This document shows, one piece after another, positions 12,956-25,949 of a stretch of 64,000 bases of DNA; position 1 is the stretch's first letter; each line of letters opens with the position of its first letter. The translations under genes were made by a program, and so were the position numbers. This stretch comes from Octopus sinensis (lineage: Eukaryota). Below the pieces are notes generated by a model, which was given only the letters and a program-made list of their open reading frames with translations, ran no database searches and was not told the DNA's origin. The DNA lies in assembly GCF_006345805.1 (NCBI RefSeq), contig NC_043001.1, positions 126,976,001 through 127,040,000 of the forward strand, read 5' to 3'.

Positions 12956-13690
12956 CAGGGTGCGAGAGGTATTTAAGGGTAGTTTTGGTATACAATAAAA
13001 GAACTATATTTCAGCATAAATAAATATGTATTTGAATAAACATTTGTGCAGTTAATTTTGATAATGATTTTTAAGCAAATTATTCTATGAAACCGCCTTC
13101 TGCTTCAATGACTGTTTCAGTGCGGTACCGATAATGCTGGCATGCTAATACTATATGGTCCTTATTCATTTCGAACAACACCTGGACAATGGTGGCCTTC
13201 AATGAAACTATAGTATTATGAGGATGACGATTAGTCTCCCTTTGAACAGCGCTCCACAGGTAGTAGTCCATGGGGTTCAAATCTGGCGAGTTTGGAAGCC
13301 ACATATTGGGTGTTACATAATCGTAAAAATTGTCTGACAACCTTGCTTGTGTGACTAGGGCTTTGTGAGAAGGGGCTGAGTGTTCTTGAAACACGTATGG
13401 CCTTCCATTACATATTTCATCAATCCAGGGCTTGATAACAGTTTCCAGTACTTCAATGTATCCAGCAGCATTAATTGTGGAAAAAGTGGGGAGGCATCAG
13501 ATGTCCTATACTACTCACGACACCTAAAACAATCACAGTTGTTGGAAATTTCGTGTGCATCACTCTCGGAACTTCAGAAGGATCTGCACACAACCATTTG
13601 TCATTTCTTCCGCTACACTTTTGATCCTGGTCAAATGTTTTTTCGTCAGTGAAAAAACAAATCATGCCTTGTTCATGAGGACTTTTCACA
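12956..13690 (-). mobile_element. Tc1/mariner superfamily remnant with DD37D spacing (maT/mori-like), 5'-truncated
   Basis: FTDEKTF...FQE(H=D)SAPSH...WLPNSPDLNPMDYYLWS; 37 residues between the second catalytic position and the last D; terminus TA|CAGGGTG at 12954-12962; frameshifted. Confidence 0.8.
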
Positions 13691-13759
13691 GTACCTCATT
13701 ACAAATGCTTTAGTTAAATCTATGAAGAAATGGTATAATGACATACCATCCTCTCAGTA

Positions 13760-14760
13760 TTTCTCTTGAACGTGCCTCACAGAAAATATCATGTTCATTG
13801 TTCTTCGTTCAAGTCTGAAATCACACTGTTCTTCAGGAATTGCATGATCCTTGAAAGTATCTTCCCGGTATGTGCCAAAAGAGCTATCCCTCTAGAATTA
13901 ACACACACTGCTTTCGGATCCTTACCGTTGTATACATAGATGAGATTAGAATGCCATTTATCCATTCTTGTAGCACAGAAGATTCATTCCAAGCTCGAGT
14001 TACCCGGTTAGGAACTTCAGATGAAATATCATCCCCAGCTGCTTTCAGACTTTCAACTGGAATAACATCCAATCCGGGAGCTTTACCTGATCTCAGTTTA
14101 CATAATGCCAGATTTACTTCTTCAATGGAAGATGTATCATCCATATGTTGAACTATCTCTCTTTGCAGAATGTTGTTTATGATATCCATGTTCACTACAG
14201 ACGGATTGTGGAAAAGATCTGCAAAGTGTTCTCTCCATCTATTCATTATTCCAGGAGGATCTTTAATAACCTCATTTCCATCTTTCGACTTCAAGAGAAC
14301 ATATGATGATGTAGATTGCCGTCCAAAAGCTTGCCGCAATACATTATAGAAACCTTTAATGTCTTTCCTGTCATAGGCTGCCTATACTTCCTCAGACAAA
14401 TTTCTCCACCAAATGTCTTTAAGCCTCCTGAGTTCTTTTTGTAAGTCTACTTTCTGAGACTTGTACAACTTTTCTAGTTGCACTTTTGTCTTAACGTTTG
14501 GGTCAAGACGCTTTTCATGAGTGGACCTCATTGTTGCTAAAAGGTCATTTATCACTGTATCATTGGAAACAAACCAGATTCAGTGTTTTCTCCTCTTAAA
14601 ACATAATACCTTTTATACCATTTTATATCACGGAAAGATTGCCATGAAACTTCAAAATGAACATTGATGCATCTCTTCTAAAACAACTGCAAAACTTGTG
14701 GTTTTACATCAATTTTCTTTGGTACTCGTACTCTTGCACTACGAATCTTCTTACGGACCC
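13760..14760 (-). mobile_element. RTE-clade LINE fragment (linker and N-terminal RT)
   Basis: RWREHFADLF...EEVNLALCKLRSGKAPGLDVIPVE...EWINGILI and RGIALLAHTGKILSRIM; stops and frameshifts. Confidence 0.8.
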
Positions 14761-15039
14761 TGAAAAAGATACATGTATGAACAAAATTTGAAACTTTTAC
14801 AATCTAAATATATTTATAAAAACATTTTAAAACTGTAACACACACACACACACACACACGCACATATATATATATATATATATACGCGATACTTACGACT
14901 GTGATAAAAGGTCCATGACCAGCTATGTTTTAAGTAGCCATGTGTAATTAAAATCTGCATTGTCAAAGCTGGACAGAAACCAATCGCCAAAGGTTATTTC
15001 TATGCTTCCACTGTGTCTACTGTGCATGCATATATATAT

Positions 15040-15660
<621 letters not shown>

Positions 15661-16267
15661 TTATTCATAAACGCGTGTATGTATGTGTCTATGTGTGTCT
15701 GTCTCCTGGCTCAAAGAGAGAGACAATTTCAGAAAGTAGCGGAGATGGGAACGATATGCTTTAATTTCCTTTTAGTTGACTTAGCACCATCGTCCGTTAG
15801 TTTCCGTTTATTCCCGATATTCTGTTTTGTTAATTGTTCCATGTGGTCGTAAAGTAAACGAAACGTCAGACCACTCTTTACTCATATCGCTTAAACATAC
15901 TTTCATTTACCATTTTTGTAATCACATACATGCACATGCACACACAAGCGCTTGCATACACAAGAAACACAGAGAAACACACAAATACACATATAACTGT
16001 ACGCCTGTCCGTACAAGCATGTTTATGTAGGAGTTCATTCAGTGATTACGTGTCAGAAATATTAGTAATACGTATCAGACGCATAAATGAAGAGCCACAT
16101 CGAGTGTATGTTGCATGGTATATAGTTAGTTGCAGAAATGGGCGAAATAAGGACGGACCATGAAGTAGTACGTCTCTCCCATATTTATTCTTTTCGTTAT
16201 ACATACACGCGTGCTCGCGCACGCACACATATATATCATTTATTAATATAGTCGAAGGTGGCTCCGT

Positions 16268-16425
16268 TCTGAGTTCAAACTCCGCCGAGGTCGACTTTGC
16301 CTTTCATCCTTTCGGGGTCGATAAATTAAGTACCAGTTACGCACTGAGGTCGATATAATCGACTTAATCCGTTTGTCTGTCTTTGTTTGCCCTCTCTGTA
16401 TTTAGCCCCTTGTGGGTAGTAAAGA
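16268..16425 (+). mobile_element. 5'-truncated SINE family A
   Basis: gttctgagttcaaactccgccgaggtcgactttgcc...gggtagtaaagaaa matches the other A copies. Confidence 0.85.
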
Positions 16426-16506
16426 AAATAGGTATTTCGTTCTGTCTTTACTTCTGATTCAAATTCTACCCCGATGATGACTTAGCCTTCATATATATAT
16501 ATATAT

Positions 16507-16567
<61 letters not shown>

Positions 16568-17603
16568 TATGTATATATATTTATATATATATATACAATA
16601 TGTACTGTATGTATTTATTAGTATATGATAATGTGTTCACATGCGTACGTGTCCGACTGTGCCTGTATATGTGAGGCTGTGCATTTATTTGTTAACGTTT
16701 TTGCGTATATTGATGAAATGAGGTTTGGATCAGGAAATAGCAATCTAATATCTCGCGCAGGGAAAAGATAAAGTGTTATCGCCATTCGAAATATATAATC
16801 GACTTATCAATCGATATTAGTGATATGGTAATCGATGTTAAGCAAAGTTTTTAGGAAACACAAACCTTCAATTGTAGCGTAACTATGTAGATATATCAAT
16901 GTAGATCTGGTGATTTCTGTATTGGAATTTTATAACGTGGCAAAACGTTATAAATATAATTTGATGGCATAAAGTTGCATGAAAGTAGTGATGACGTACA
17001 GTCCAGTTTTCAGCCATTGCAATTATTCATTTTCCCAAAGGTCGTTGACGCTATCGAATAGGTTCTTCTCTTAAATCATCGGGGTTTACTTGCTTGTTCA
17101 TGTTTGGATTGACTATAAGAAACATATATATATATATATTATATATATATATATATATACAAGTATGAATACCAAACATATATACACACATATATGCATA
17201 TGCGTGGCGTATGCGTTGTATATATGATGCTTATAATATATGTATATGTATGTATGTAGGTATGTATGTATGCATGTATGTATACATGTATGCATGTATA
17301 TATGCATGTATCAATTATATCTATCATCTATCTATCTATCATCATATCTATCTATCTATCTCTCTCTCTCTCTATCTCTCATATAATATATATATATTAT
17401 ATATATATATATATAGATCGATAGATAGATAGATAGAGAACATGCATAAATACATGCATACATGCATAATACATACATACATACATACATACATACATAC
17501 ATACATACATACTACATACATAGGTATATAAGAATACATATATACTACATATAATTATATATATATATATATATATAATATATATATATATAAATATATA
17601 ATA

Positions 17604-18109
17604 CAGAGTATCGCCCAGCGTTGCTCGTGTTTGTAAGGGAAATAACTATATAAGCATTTTTAGAGAGTTACTTCCCTATAGATACCAATTCGGGCTTCTT
17701 AGCCATTTCTGTTTTGGTGTCTTAAGCCATGAAGTCGTTGTTCTAAAAGAACGCTGGTCTCCTTGACAACGCTTACGACGTTGATTTCCTTACACTCCCT
17801 TCCCCACAGCTTCATGAGAGAGGGAAGAAGGGGGGAGAAGCAAACAGGTGCAGGTGTGGCCATGGACGCCAACTCCGCCGCCATCGACACACGAAAAATT
17901 ATGCATTAAAATGGAATAAAAAAATGATGTTAATTATTTTTAAAAATCGTAGACTCATCGTAGACGCGCGCTAATACTCAGACGGCCGATATGAATCACG
18001 ACAATAAGATACCCGATTTGGTTAAAACTGCACCGCAAAATGTGGGAGTAGTAGGAATCTAAATCGAAGGGGACAGACACTCACACAACTACAGTATTAT
18101 ATATATAGA
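17604..18109 (-). mobile_element. Non-autonomous Helitron, copy 3, with a ~215-bp internal cargo
   Basis: Same body as 11102-11501; 5' A|TCTATATATAT at 18109; degraded 3' hairpin/CTAG; unique insert at 17678-17892. Confidence 0.8.
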
Positions 18110-18126
18110 TATACACACACACACAC

Positions 18127-18985
18127 ATTAGGCCGAGTAAAATGTAAGCAACGTTTTGAAACATGAAATCCGTCACAATTATATTTCAACAATGCGGAAA
18201 TTTTATTCATGAAAGTAATTGCCAACGCAATCAATACATTTTTACCAACGAGTTACAAGTTTGTTTATTCCCGTAATATACGAATCTTGAGTTCTGGAGC
18301 TAATGAACTCTAAATGCACTTTCAGCATCGGTTTGGTTTTTGAACACCTTCTGTCTCAGGAAACCAACAAGGTACTTGAAAAAGTGGTAGTCGATAGGAG
18401 AAAGGTCTGGGGAATAAACTGAGCGAGAAAGAACTTCATGGCCAAGTTCCCGCAACTTCTGGAGCGTCATTAGTGAAACGTGTGGTTGAGCATTGTCATG
18501 AAGAATTATTGGCCCTCTTTTGGGGACGGAGGAGTAGCAGTTTTTCATTCATTTTGGCAATTTCATGGCAATTTCATGGCAATTTCATGGCAATATGTTT
18601 CTGCAGTAATGATTTTTCCGGGTTTTAAGAATTTATAGTGGAAGCCTCTAGCAGTACGCCACCAAACAGTCACCATAACCTTTTTGAAGAGCTCAGGTTT
18701 TGGGATGGTTTTCGCTACTTCATTTTGGTCCACCCACTGCGATTATTTTGTTCAGAATACACTTTTCGTCGCAAGTTACAATACGGTCGAGAAATGAATC
18801 AGTCTGGTTACGGAGAAGAAGCGACGAGTAAATTTCATATCTGCATATTTTCCGATTTTCATTCAAATCTTGTGGTACCCATTCGTCGAGCTTTTTAGAT
18901 CTTCCGATTGCATGCAAATGGTTGCAGGCAGTTTTCTGGCTAACTTGAAGTTTTTTTGCCAGTTCTCGAGTGGTTTTACGTGAAT
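18127..18985 (-). mobile_element. mariner (DD34D) transposase remnant, 5' end missing
   Basis: KKLDEWVP...LDRIVTCDEK...LHDNAQPH...YSPDLSPIDYHFF; 34 residues between D(NAQP) and the final D; ttagg... terminus near 18127. Confidence 0.85.
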
Positions 18986-19195
18986 CTTAAGGTTCATCAT
19001 ACCACACTTCTTGATACCGAATTCCATCTTAATATCAATACTAAAACGTTGAACAGTGTTCACCAAGGAACACACTTGTACCTCATCCTTACCATACAGC
19101 TTCAAATAATCCATGAAGAGGAGATCGTTGGTTTTTTGAGTTTTCCCTTAAACTGATGTCCTAGTTTCATTTTCCTCAGCACCAAGGTCAAAATC
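18985..19195 (-). mobile_element. R4/Dong-type reverse transcriptase fragment abutting the mariner
   Basis: LTLVLRKMK...NDLLFMDYLKLYGKDE...VNTVQRFSIDIKMEFGIKKCG corresponds to the (L)FMDD motif region. Confidence 0.8.
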
Positions 19196-20239
19196 AACAA
19201 TATCAGTTACATTGTGTAATAAAAATTTTATTTATTTTTTGTCGTTATTTTCTTTGGTCAGTATGTGCTATTCTTCCTAGAAATCAAAGAAAATGACAAC
19301 TATTCCCTTCAAACTTTGCTTTTGTGACCTGGACATCAATGTTTTGAAATTGACTTATTTCCCATTAAGTTTCAGATTCAGCGCTGAGTTGCCGAAACAA
19401 AAATATCGTTTTAGCAAATATTCTGCACAATACCACGGATTTGCTCGTCAGTTGTTTGTTTGCTCTTATCCACTTGAGCATATCCTCTTATGGCTGACGA
19501 TATGTGCATCTCGGATCATGAGCAGAGTAGTGGGGGAGCATCATAGACATGTGTTAAGAGGGATTATTTTGGGTTTCAATAAATGTAACAAAAGCAAAGT
19601 TTGAAGGAAATATTACCTAGTTTTCCTACTTTATAGGGGTAAGTAAATAGGAAATAATAATTGCTACCTAAGGACAAAAATCTTGTTGCACAGTGTTATT
19701 TTATATAGACATAGTATATATACTCCACAAAATATAGGCACACCGAAAAAGCAAAATATTTCACAAGGCAGCATAAAGAATATACCTTAATTACACATCA
19801 GAAAATTGCTAAACCTATAAAAGCATGGGACAACTACAAACGTCCTAACTTGCTATGCGTAATCTTTCTTGATAGATGGAGACATTTTTATATCTGTCTC
19901 ATCTATGGCTACTCTCATAACTACTGACGCCGCGTCGACACTAAAAAGGAAACTTGGATAATTGTTAATTGTTCTGTGATAATGAGGAAGGTAAGATGCA
20001 CACACATTCCGGTTTCATTCATAACCTTTCAACTGCAAGAATTTCGAGAACAATTAACTCTATATTTTGGTAATTGAGTGAGAAGCTGCACGCATCTTAA
20101 AATGAAGCCCACGTCGATGTCGTTATCATATGTCTGAATAAACTTCGAGTCAACCCAATTGATTCGCTGTGGGCGAATCAGTTGGGTTGATTCGTCACTC
20201 CTTTCTGGTTATTCAGAACGTGAAGAACATCAAATACAA

Positions 20240-20895
20240 CCAACAGTGCGTCCATGCTGCCCAGTGCGTCCATGCTGCCAACAAAGAACGCGGAGTTCTG
20301 TGTTTGATTCGACGGTCATTCGGAATGCTCACAGCAGCCATATTCCTACCGCTCTATGTCACGCTGGTGAGACCCATATTGGAGTACAGGATTCAAGCCG
20401 CTTCTCCTTATCTCCTCAAAGACATACGGCATCTCGAAAGAGTCTAGAAGCTGGCTACCCGCATGGTTCTTGGTCTCAAGCATTTGTCTTATGAAGAAAG
20501 GCTGAAGACGCTCGACCTTTATTCTCTAGAAAAACGACGACGCCGTTGTGATCTCATTCTTGCTCACAACATCATAAGCAGAAAGTGTAACCTCTTGAAA
20601 GAGCTGTTCTTCACTCCTGCTCCAGAGCGTCGGCTGCGGGGTCACTCCGAAAAGCTCTATCTGCGACGATTTCATCGCAATCGAAGGAGAGGGGCTTTCT
20701 CCGTCCGGGTTGCGGATCCGTGGAATAAGCTGCCGGATGAGATAGTGAAGATGCCGACGACCGCTCGGTTCAAAGTCTCGCTTGACCACAAATGGCCTGA
20801 ACTCTTTGCATGAACACCACCCTGTACATAACTCCATGTCCCCCTACATAGCCTTGCTTTTTGCTTTTTGAGCCAAAAAATTAACTTAACTTAAC
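20240..20895 (+). mobile_element. 3' end of CR1-group LINE with (TTAAC)n tail
   Basis: QCVHAANK.RGVLCLIRRSF...LVRPILEY...LERV*KLATRMVLGLKHLSYEERLKTLDLYSLEKRRRRCDLI...WNKLP; a single in-frame TAG at 20445-20447; tail ttaacttaacttaac. Confidence 0.9.
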
Positions 20896-21350
20896 AGTCA
20901 CACTCAACGATATATACGTACTACATATGCACACACAGAAGACAAAATCACTATTAGTTACACCCAGCAATATCAACAACACATACAAAGCATGCTAAAT
21001 GAACTAAAATGATGCACGAGCATAATTACAGCATTCACAGGTATCACACTAAGCACACCATTTAGAAAATCGCATATAAACAATACACCAGATGAACTAA
21101 ATCTGGGCTCTCTGGGACTCTAATCACTCTGCAAACCAGAACAAACTGTAAAGAGCGTAAAGCTGCACCTTTCGCATCTTCATATCCCTAACAAATCACC
21201 AATACAAAAGAAAGAAATGTACTAAGACTGAAAACCTATTAGGATATTCGAAGGTGGCAGTTTCTTGTCACAGTGGATATCTACCGTCACAAACCATGAC
21301 GCTAAATGTAAAATAACCTCCAAGCATAAAAACATATATGTAACACCATA

Positions 21351-21579
21351 AGGCGGCGAGCTGGCAGAAACGTTAGCATGCCGGGCGAAATGCGTACCCG
21401 TACTTCGTCTGTCGTTACGTTGTGAGTTCAAATTCCGTCGAGGTCGACTTTGCCTTTCATTCTTTCGGGGTCGATAAATAAGTACCAGTTACACACTGGA
21501 GTCGATGTAATCGACTTAATCCGTTTGTCTGTCCTTGTTTGTACCCTCTATGTTTAGCCCGTGTGGGCAATAAAGAAAT
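21351..21579 (+). mobile_element. Full-length SINE family A with 16-bp TSD
   Basis: ATATATGTAACACCAT at 21334-21349 and 21580-21595; B-box-like gagttcaaatt. Confidence 0.92.
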
Positions 21580-22476
21580 ATATATGTAACACCATTCGGT
21601 GCTACGACAGCATCATAAAGACACTACAATTTTGACTTTTCACAGTGAAGCATAAAGAACATAGCAACACACACATACATACACACATAGAAATGGCCGC
21701 ATTTGCTCTACACATTGTGCTGAAATGTATTCAATTAATAATTAGAGCAACAGATTAGTCCCATGCCGAACCCAGATCGAATTCACCTTGTGCGACTTTG
21801 CTGCAGCTAGCTCAGGAATCTATAGTAGACAGTGAAGAGTTTGCAACATGTCCATACTGCCATACTACTTACCGTGTGATTCATCACTGGCTGTCATAGG
21901 AAGCTATATGGTCCCCAGCTTGTCAGGGGCATAATATCCCTGGTAAGGTGGGTCTCGTCGTTTAATCAACCACTCATCAGAGATGACTCAAAGCAACACA
22001 GCCAAGACGACAAAGATAGTGGAGGATGTTGAAACGAATGATGGGATACGTTTACCACCTAAGAATAGTTACAATTCATCCAGTAGGCTTTGCCACAGTT
22101 TCTATTTCCCTACTTTCTCCCATAAACTTCCTCTCGTTGATATGAGTTTATGAATGATGACACTTGTCCTAGGTGCCGTGCAATGAGATCGAACACGACA
22201 ACGCATAACTTCGAAGAGTACTTTTAGCTACAAAGCCATACTTCGGCACATCATACATGTACATTCACACAGGCACAAACGTACACACACAGACACAGTT
22301 ATGCATACATACAAACATACATGCATACATACCTATGTACGCACTCACGCACACACGCATATACATATGCACATATACATACATACATATATATATATAT
22401 AATATATATATATATATGTATGTATTTATGTATATGTGCATATACATATATATATATATGTATATATATGTGTGAG

Positions 22477-22508
<32 letters not shown>

Positions 22509-22888
22509 CACACACATAAGAGGAGGAGTACACACGTGTACTAACGGACACACAGCTGTTTACATACATTTCCATGAACCTACTGGCAGCAAAATTTCGA
22601 ATGTAATACTAATTCAAATATCTCTGTTGATAGGAAAATAAACGGTCAATAAAATGAGATTGTGACTTTAAAATATTAAATTTTATGGACAGTCAAATAA
22701 AAAAATAACTACCATTTTGTTTCCTGCAATTTCGCTTATTTCGCTTTATTTTTTATTTGCTCTGTTCAATGTTTATTTTTCGTTGATTTTGTACATTAGC
22801 CATTTCGTTGCATTTTTAACTGTCTGATTTGGTAAATTTTTTAATGATTCTACGGCTATTTACCCTGCTATTTTTCAACCGCAGATCA

Positions 22889-22923
<35 letters not shown>

Positions 22924-23370
22924 TGAGGTTTTTGTTGTCTCTTTTTGTATGTTTTGTTTTAGTTCTTTATATTTGCTTTTCAATTCGTCTTTTTGTTTTT
23001 GTAATCATTCTGTCTTTCTTTTCTTTTGCCTATCTGTGTAGCTGACAACCTGTCTGTCGTTTGTTTATATTCTCTCCTTTTCGTTCTTGTTGTTGTTTGT
23101 TTTTCTACTTTTCCATCAACCCCTCAGTGCGCGTGCGACGGGGGTGTATATACAGGAATTTAAACATATCGATGGCACGAAAGGCATCCTATGAATTTAC
23201 ATCTGAGGCAGCTTTTCAATATTCAATAATTATCAAATATTATTAGAATATTAGAGACGTACCAATATGCTCGATTGTAAAACTAGCAAACAAATGAAAA
23301 TAATAAAATATAAGAAAGAACAATAAGAAAATGCCACATCACTAAATTTAACAGAAATATGTGTGCGTGC

Positions 23371-23406
<36 letters not shown>

Positions 23407-23813
23407 CTTTTTAAATTGTTTCAGTTTTAAGGCTGCGGTCATGCTGGGGCATCACCATCACCGCCATCCTCATCACCATCGTCGTCGTAGTCATCATAAA
23501 CAAAGTTCCAATCTATGTTGATGATGGCCATAAGATCTATCTATTTCTGTATCTATCTATCTAACACGTTATATAGATAGACAGACAGCCGGACAGATAC
23601 ATACATACATACATACATACATACATAATACATGCATATATACATACATACATACATACATATTTTCCATTTATGGTATTTATGTTGCACCTTGCTCCTT
23701 TTATTAATTATTAAAATACGCATTAGCATTTCGCTAAATAGACCATAAATTTTTATGGTAAAAATACAAATACTGGCAGATGGGTCTACCCAAACCATCA
23801 ACCGCTTGAGTAG

Positions 23814-23858
23814 TCATTACGGATGATACACACGAAATAGGCGAAACTAGTCTAGTGG
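23814..23858 (+). ncRNA. Decayed minimal type I hammerhead-like motif
   Basis: TCATTA-CGGATGA-T...AGGC-GAA-ACTAGT-C-TAGTGG: helix I 6 bp (2 G-U), palindromic helix III ACTAGT, GUC cleavage triplet; U4 mutated and helix II 5' strand apparently deleted. Confidence 0.4.
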
Positions 23859-23904
23859 TTCAAGACAATCATGGGGTGTTTATGTCCCCTGTCAGTGGGT
23901 GTGC

Positions 23905-23944
<40 letters not shown>

Positions 23945-23945
<1 letters not shown>

Positions 23946-24135
23946 GGGAGAGTTTACGGAAAAAAAACAAAAGACGAAGATAGGTGGTGTACAAAACAAA
24001 CAGATGCATTAGTATAACGCTCAGGAATAGAAAAAGTCTTTTACGTTTCGAGTCAACGCTCTTCTACAGAAAGGAACACAGGAATCAAGGAGAGAAACAA
24101 GGAGAGAAAAAAATGTGTGTAGTGGCTAACGATCT

Positions 24136-24140
<5 letters not shown>
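23945..24140 (-). mobile_element. Short Penelope-like (pseudo-LTR) fragment in (TA)n, containing a hammerhead-like motif at 24038-24073
   Basis: Flanked both sides by (TA)n; minus strand CTTT-CTGTAGAA-GAG(cgttga)CTC-GAA-ACGT-A-AAAG. Penelope origin is inference. Confidence 0.55.
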
Positions 24141-24190
<50 letters not shown>

Positions 24191-24429
24191 CTCTTCTTAC
24201 AGCATGAATAGTTTTTAACTCTTATTTCTAGCAATATGCGTACTTCGGTACCGTCAGTTACAGTTAGCGACGATTAACTTTTTCCTTAACGGTAGTATAT
24301 TACGTGTAAATATTTATATTAATTTTTAAATATACGTAAAATATAGGTTAGTGAGTTTTTTTTTAGAAATTTCACTACCAGTGGCCTAGCATGTATAAAA
24401 AGTCAATAGACAACATATTCTCAATATAA

Positions 24430-24724
24430 GATAGTGTACATTTAAACACAAGAGAAAACTGCCTTCAACAGGCAGTTTTTACACGCTAGAAGAAGTAGTC
24501 AAAACAACCAAAACCAAATTTAAGTGCAATCTTCAAAAGGAATGAAAGATAAAAACTTTTACTTTGTTATTTTAATTCTAATTAAAATAATAAGGGGATT
24601 TTCTTTTTCCATTCCTTTTGAAAATCGCTCTTAAATGTGGTTTTGGTCCTTTTGACTACTTCTTCTAGCGTGTATAAATTTTCAGTTGAAGGCTGTTTTC
24701 TCTTGTGTTTAAATGTACACTATC
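24430..24724. repeat. Imperfect ~295-bp fold-back (MITE-like) element
   Basis: gatagtgtacatttaaacacaagagaaaac... is the reverse complement of ...gttttctcttgtgtttaaatgtacactatc; pairing continues with mismatches to the centre. Confidence 0.8.
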
Positions 24725-25537
24725 ATATATATATATATATGTTTGATTTGAAAACCCCACTAGAATGGGAGAAAGCGCTAATAATCTGAATGATATGATC
24801 TGAATGATATGATATATATATATATGTAAAAAATGTACTATATAAATAAATATCTATAAATATGAACCATCCGATCTTTTGATTACCTCATTTCTTCTAA
24901 AATATATATATATGTACACAAAAGCACGTACTGGTCAAAAGTCTTTATATACGTCTAGTGTGACACGTAGATGGGTATTTATATTTAATCCTGACGCATT
25001 TGCGTATATCAGATACATTAGTAAGTCCAGTCGTAGGTTAATAAGGTTGGAAAATGATGATCTACGTGGAGTTCTAATTCAGTAGTAGCCGTACACACAA
25101 TATTTTATGTAGATAGATAGAAATACACACGCACATACACATGTAACCATCATTTAAATACGGACTGTCGATAAAATAAGTAGCAGTAAAGTACTGGGGT
25201 CAATGTAATCGACTAATCATTTCCCCCCTAACATTACCCGCTTTTTGTCACTGGTACTTATTTTAGCGACACCAAAATGATGTGAGGCAACATTGATCTT
25301 GGTGGCATTTGAACTCCGAATATGAAGATACGGAAGAAATGCCACAAAACATTTTTTCCGATTTACTGTCAGTATATCTCAACTTATTAAACTTCCTGTA
25401 TATCTCATTTAAATAAACTCACTGATTCTATATCTTATCTCAATGAACCTGTTGACTGTATATCTCACTAAACTTAACCGATTGTCTCTATATCGCATCT
25501 CACTAAACCTGATGATTATATATATCACGACTCTATC

Positions 25538-25593
<56 letters not shown>

Positions 25594-25599
25594 GATCGA

Positions 25600-25659
<60 letters not shown>

Positions 25660-25698
25660 TATAGGTGAGAAAGTTGGTGTGTGAAAGCACGTGGTTGA

Positions 25699-25949
25699 AT
25701 ATATAGAAAATAGTAAAAAGTGAACAAACTACAGAAGGCTTGTTTTAAAAGGTTAAAAAATATATTCGAGTCATTATGTCAGAAGAATGTTATAATTTTT
25801 TTTCATACAGTGACATAGTTTCTTCAAAACTATGTCACTGTATGAAAAAAATTTATAACATTCTTCTGACATAATGACTCAAATATATTTTTTAACCTTT
25901 TAAAACAAGCCTTCTGTAGTTTGTTCACTTTTTACTATTTTCTATATAT
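25699..25949. repeat. Near-perfect 251-bp palindrome (~123-bp arms, 5-nt loop)
   Basis: Arms 25699-25821 and 25827-25949 with about 2 mismatches; loop CTTCA. Confidence 0.95.

Noticed and set aside
15842-15882. Additional hammerhead (GTGGTC...GAAACGTC.GACCAC)
   Set aside because: Helix I and GAA-ACGT-C are suggestive, but no CUGANGA core or helix II is present.
21869-21935. Minus-strand exon with strong splice sites (ttaccag|...ACG|gtaagt)
   Set aside because: All three frames contain stops; it could only be a non-coding exon and there is no other support.
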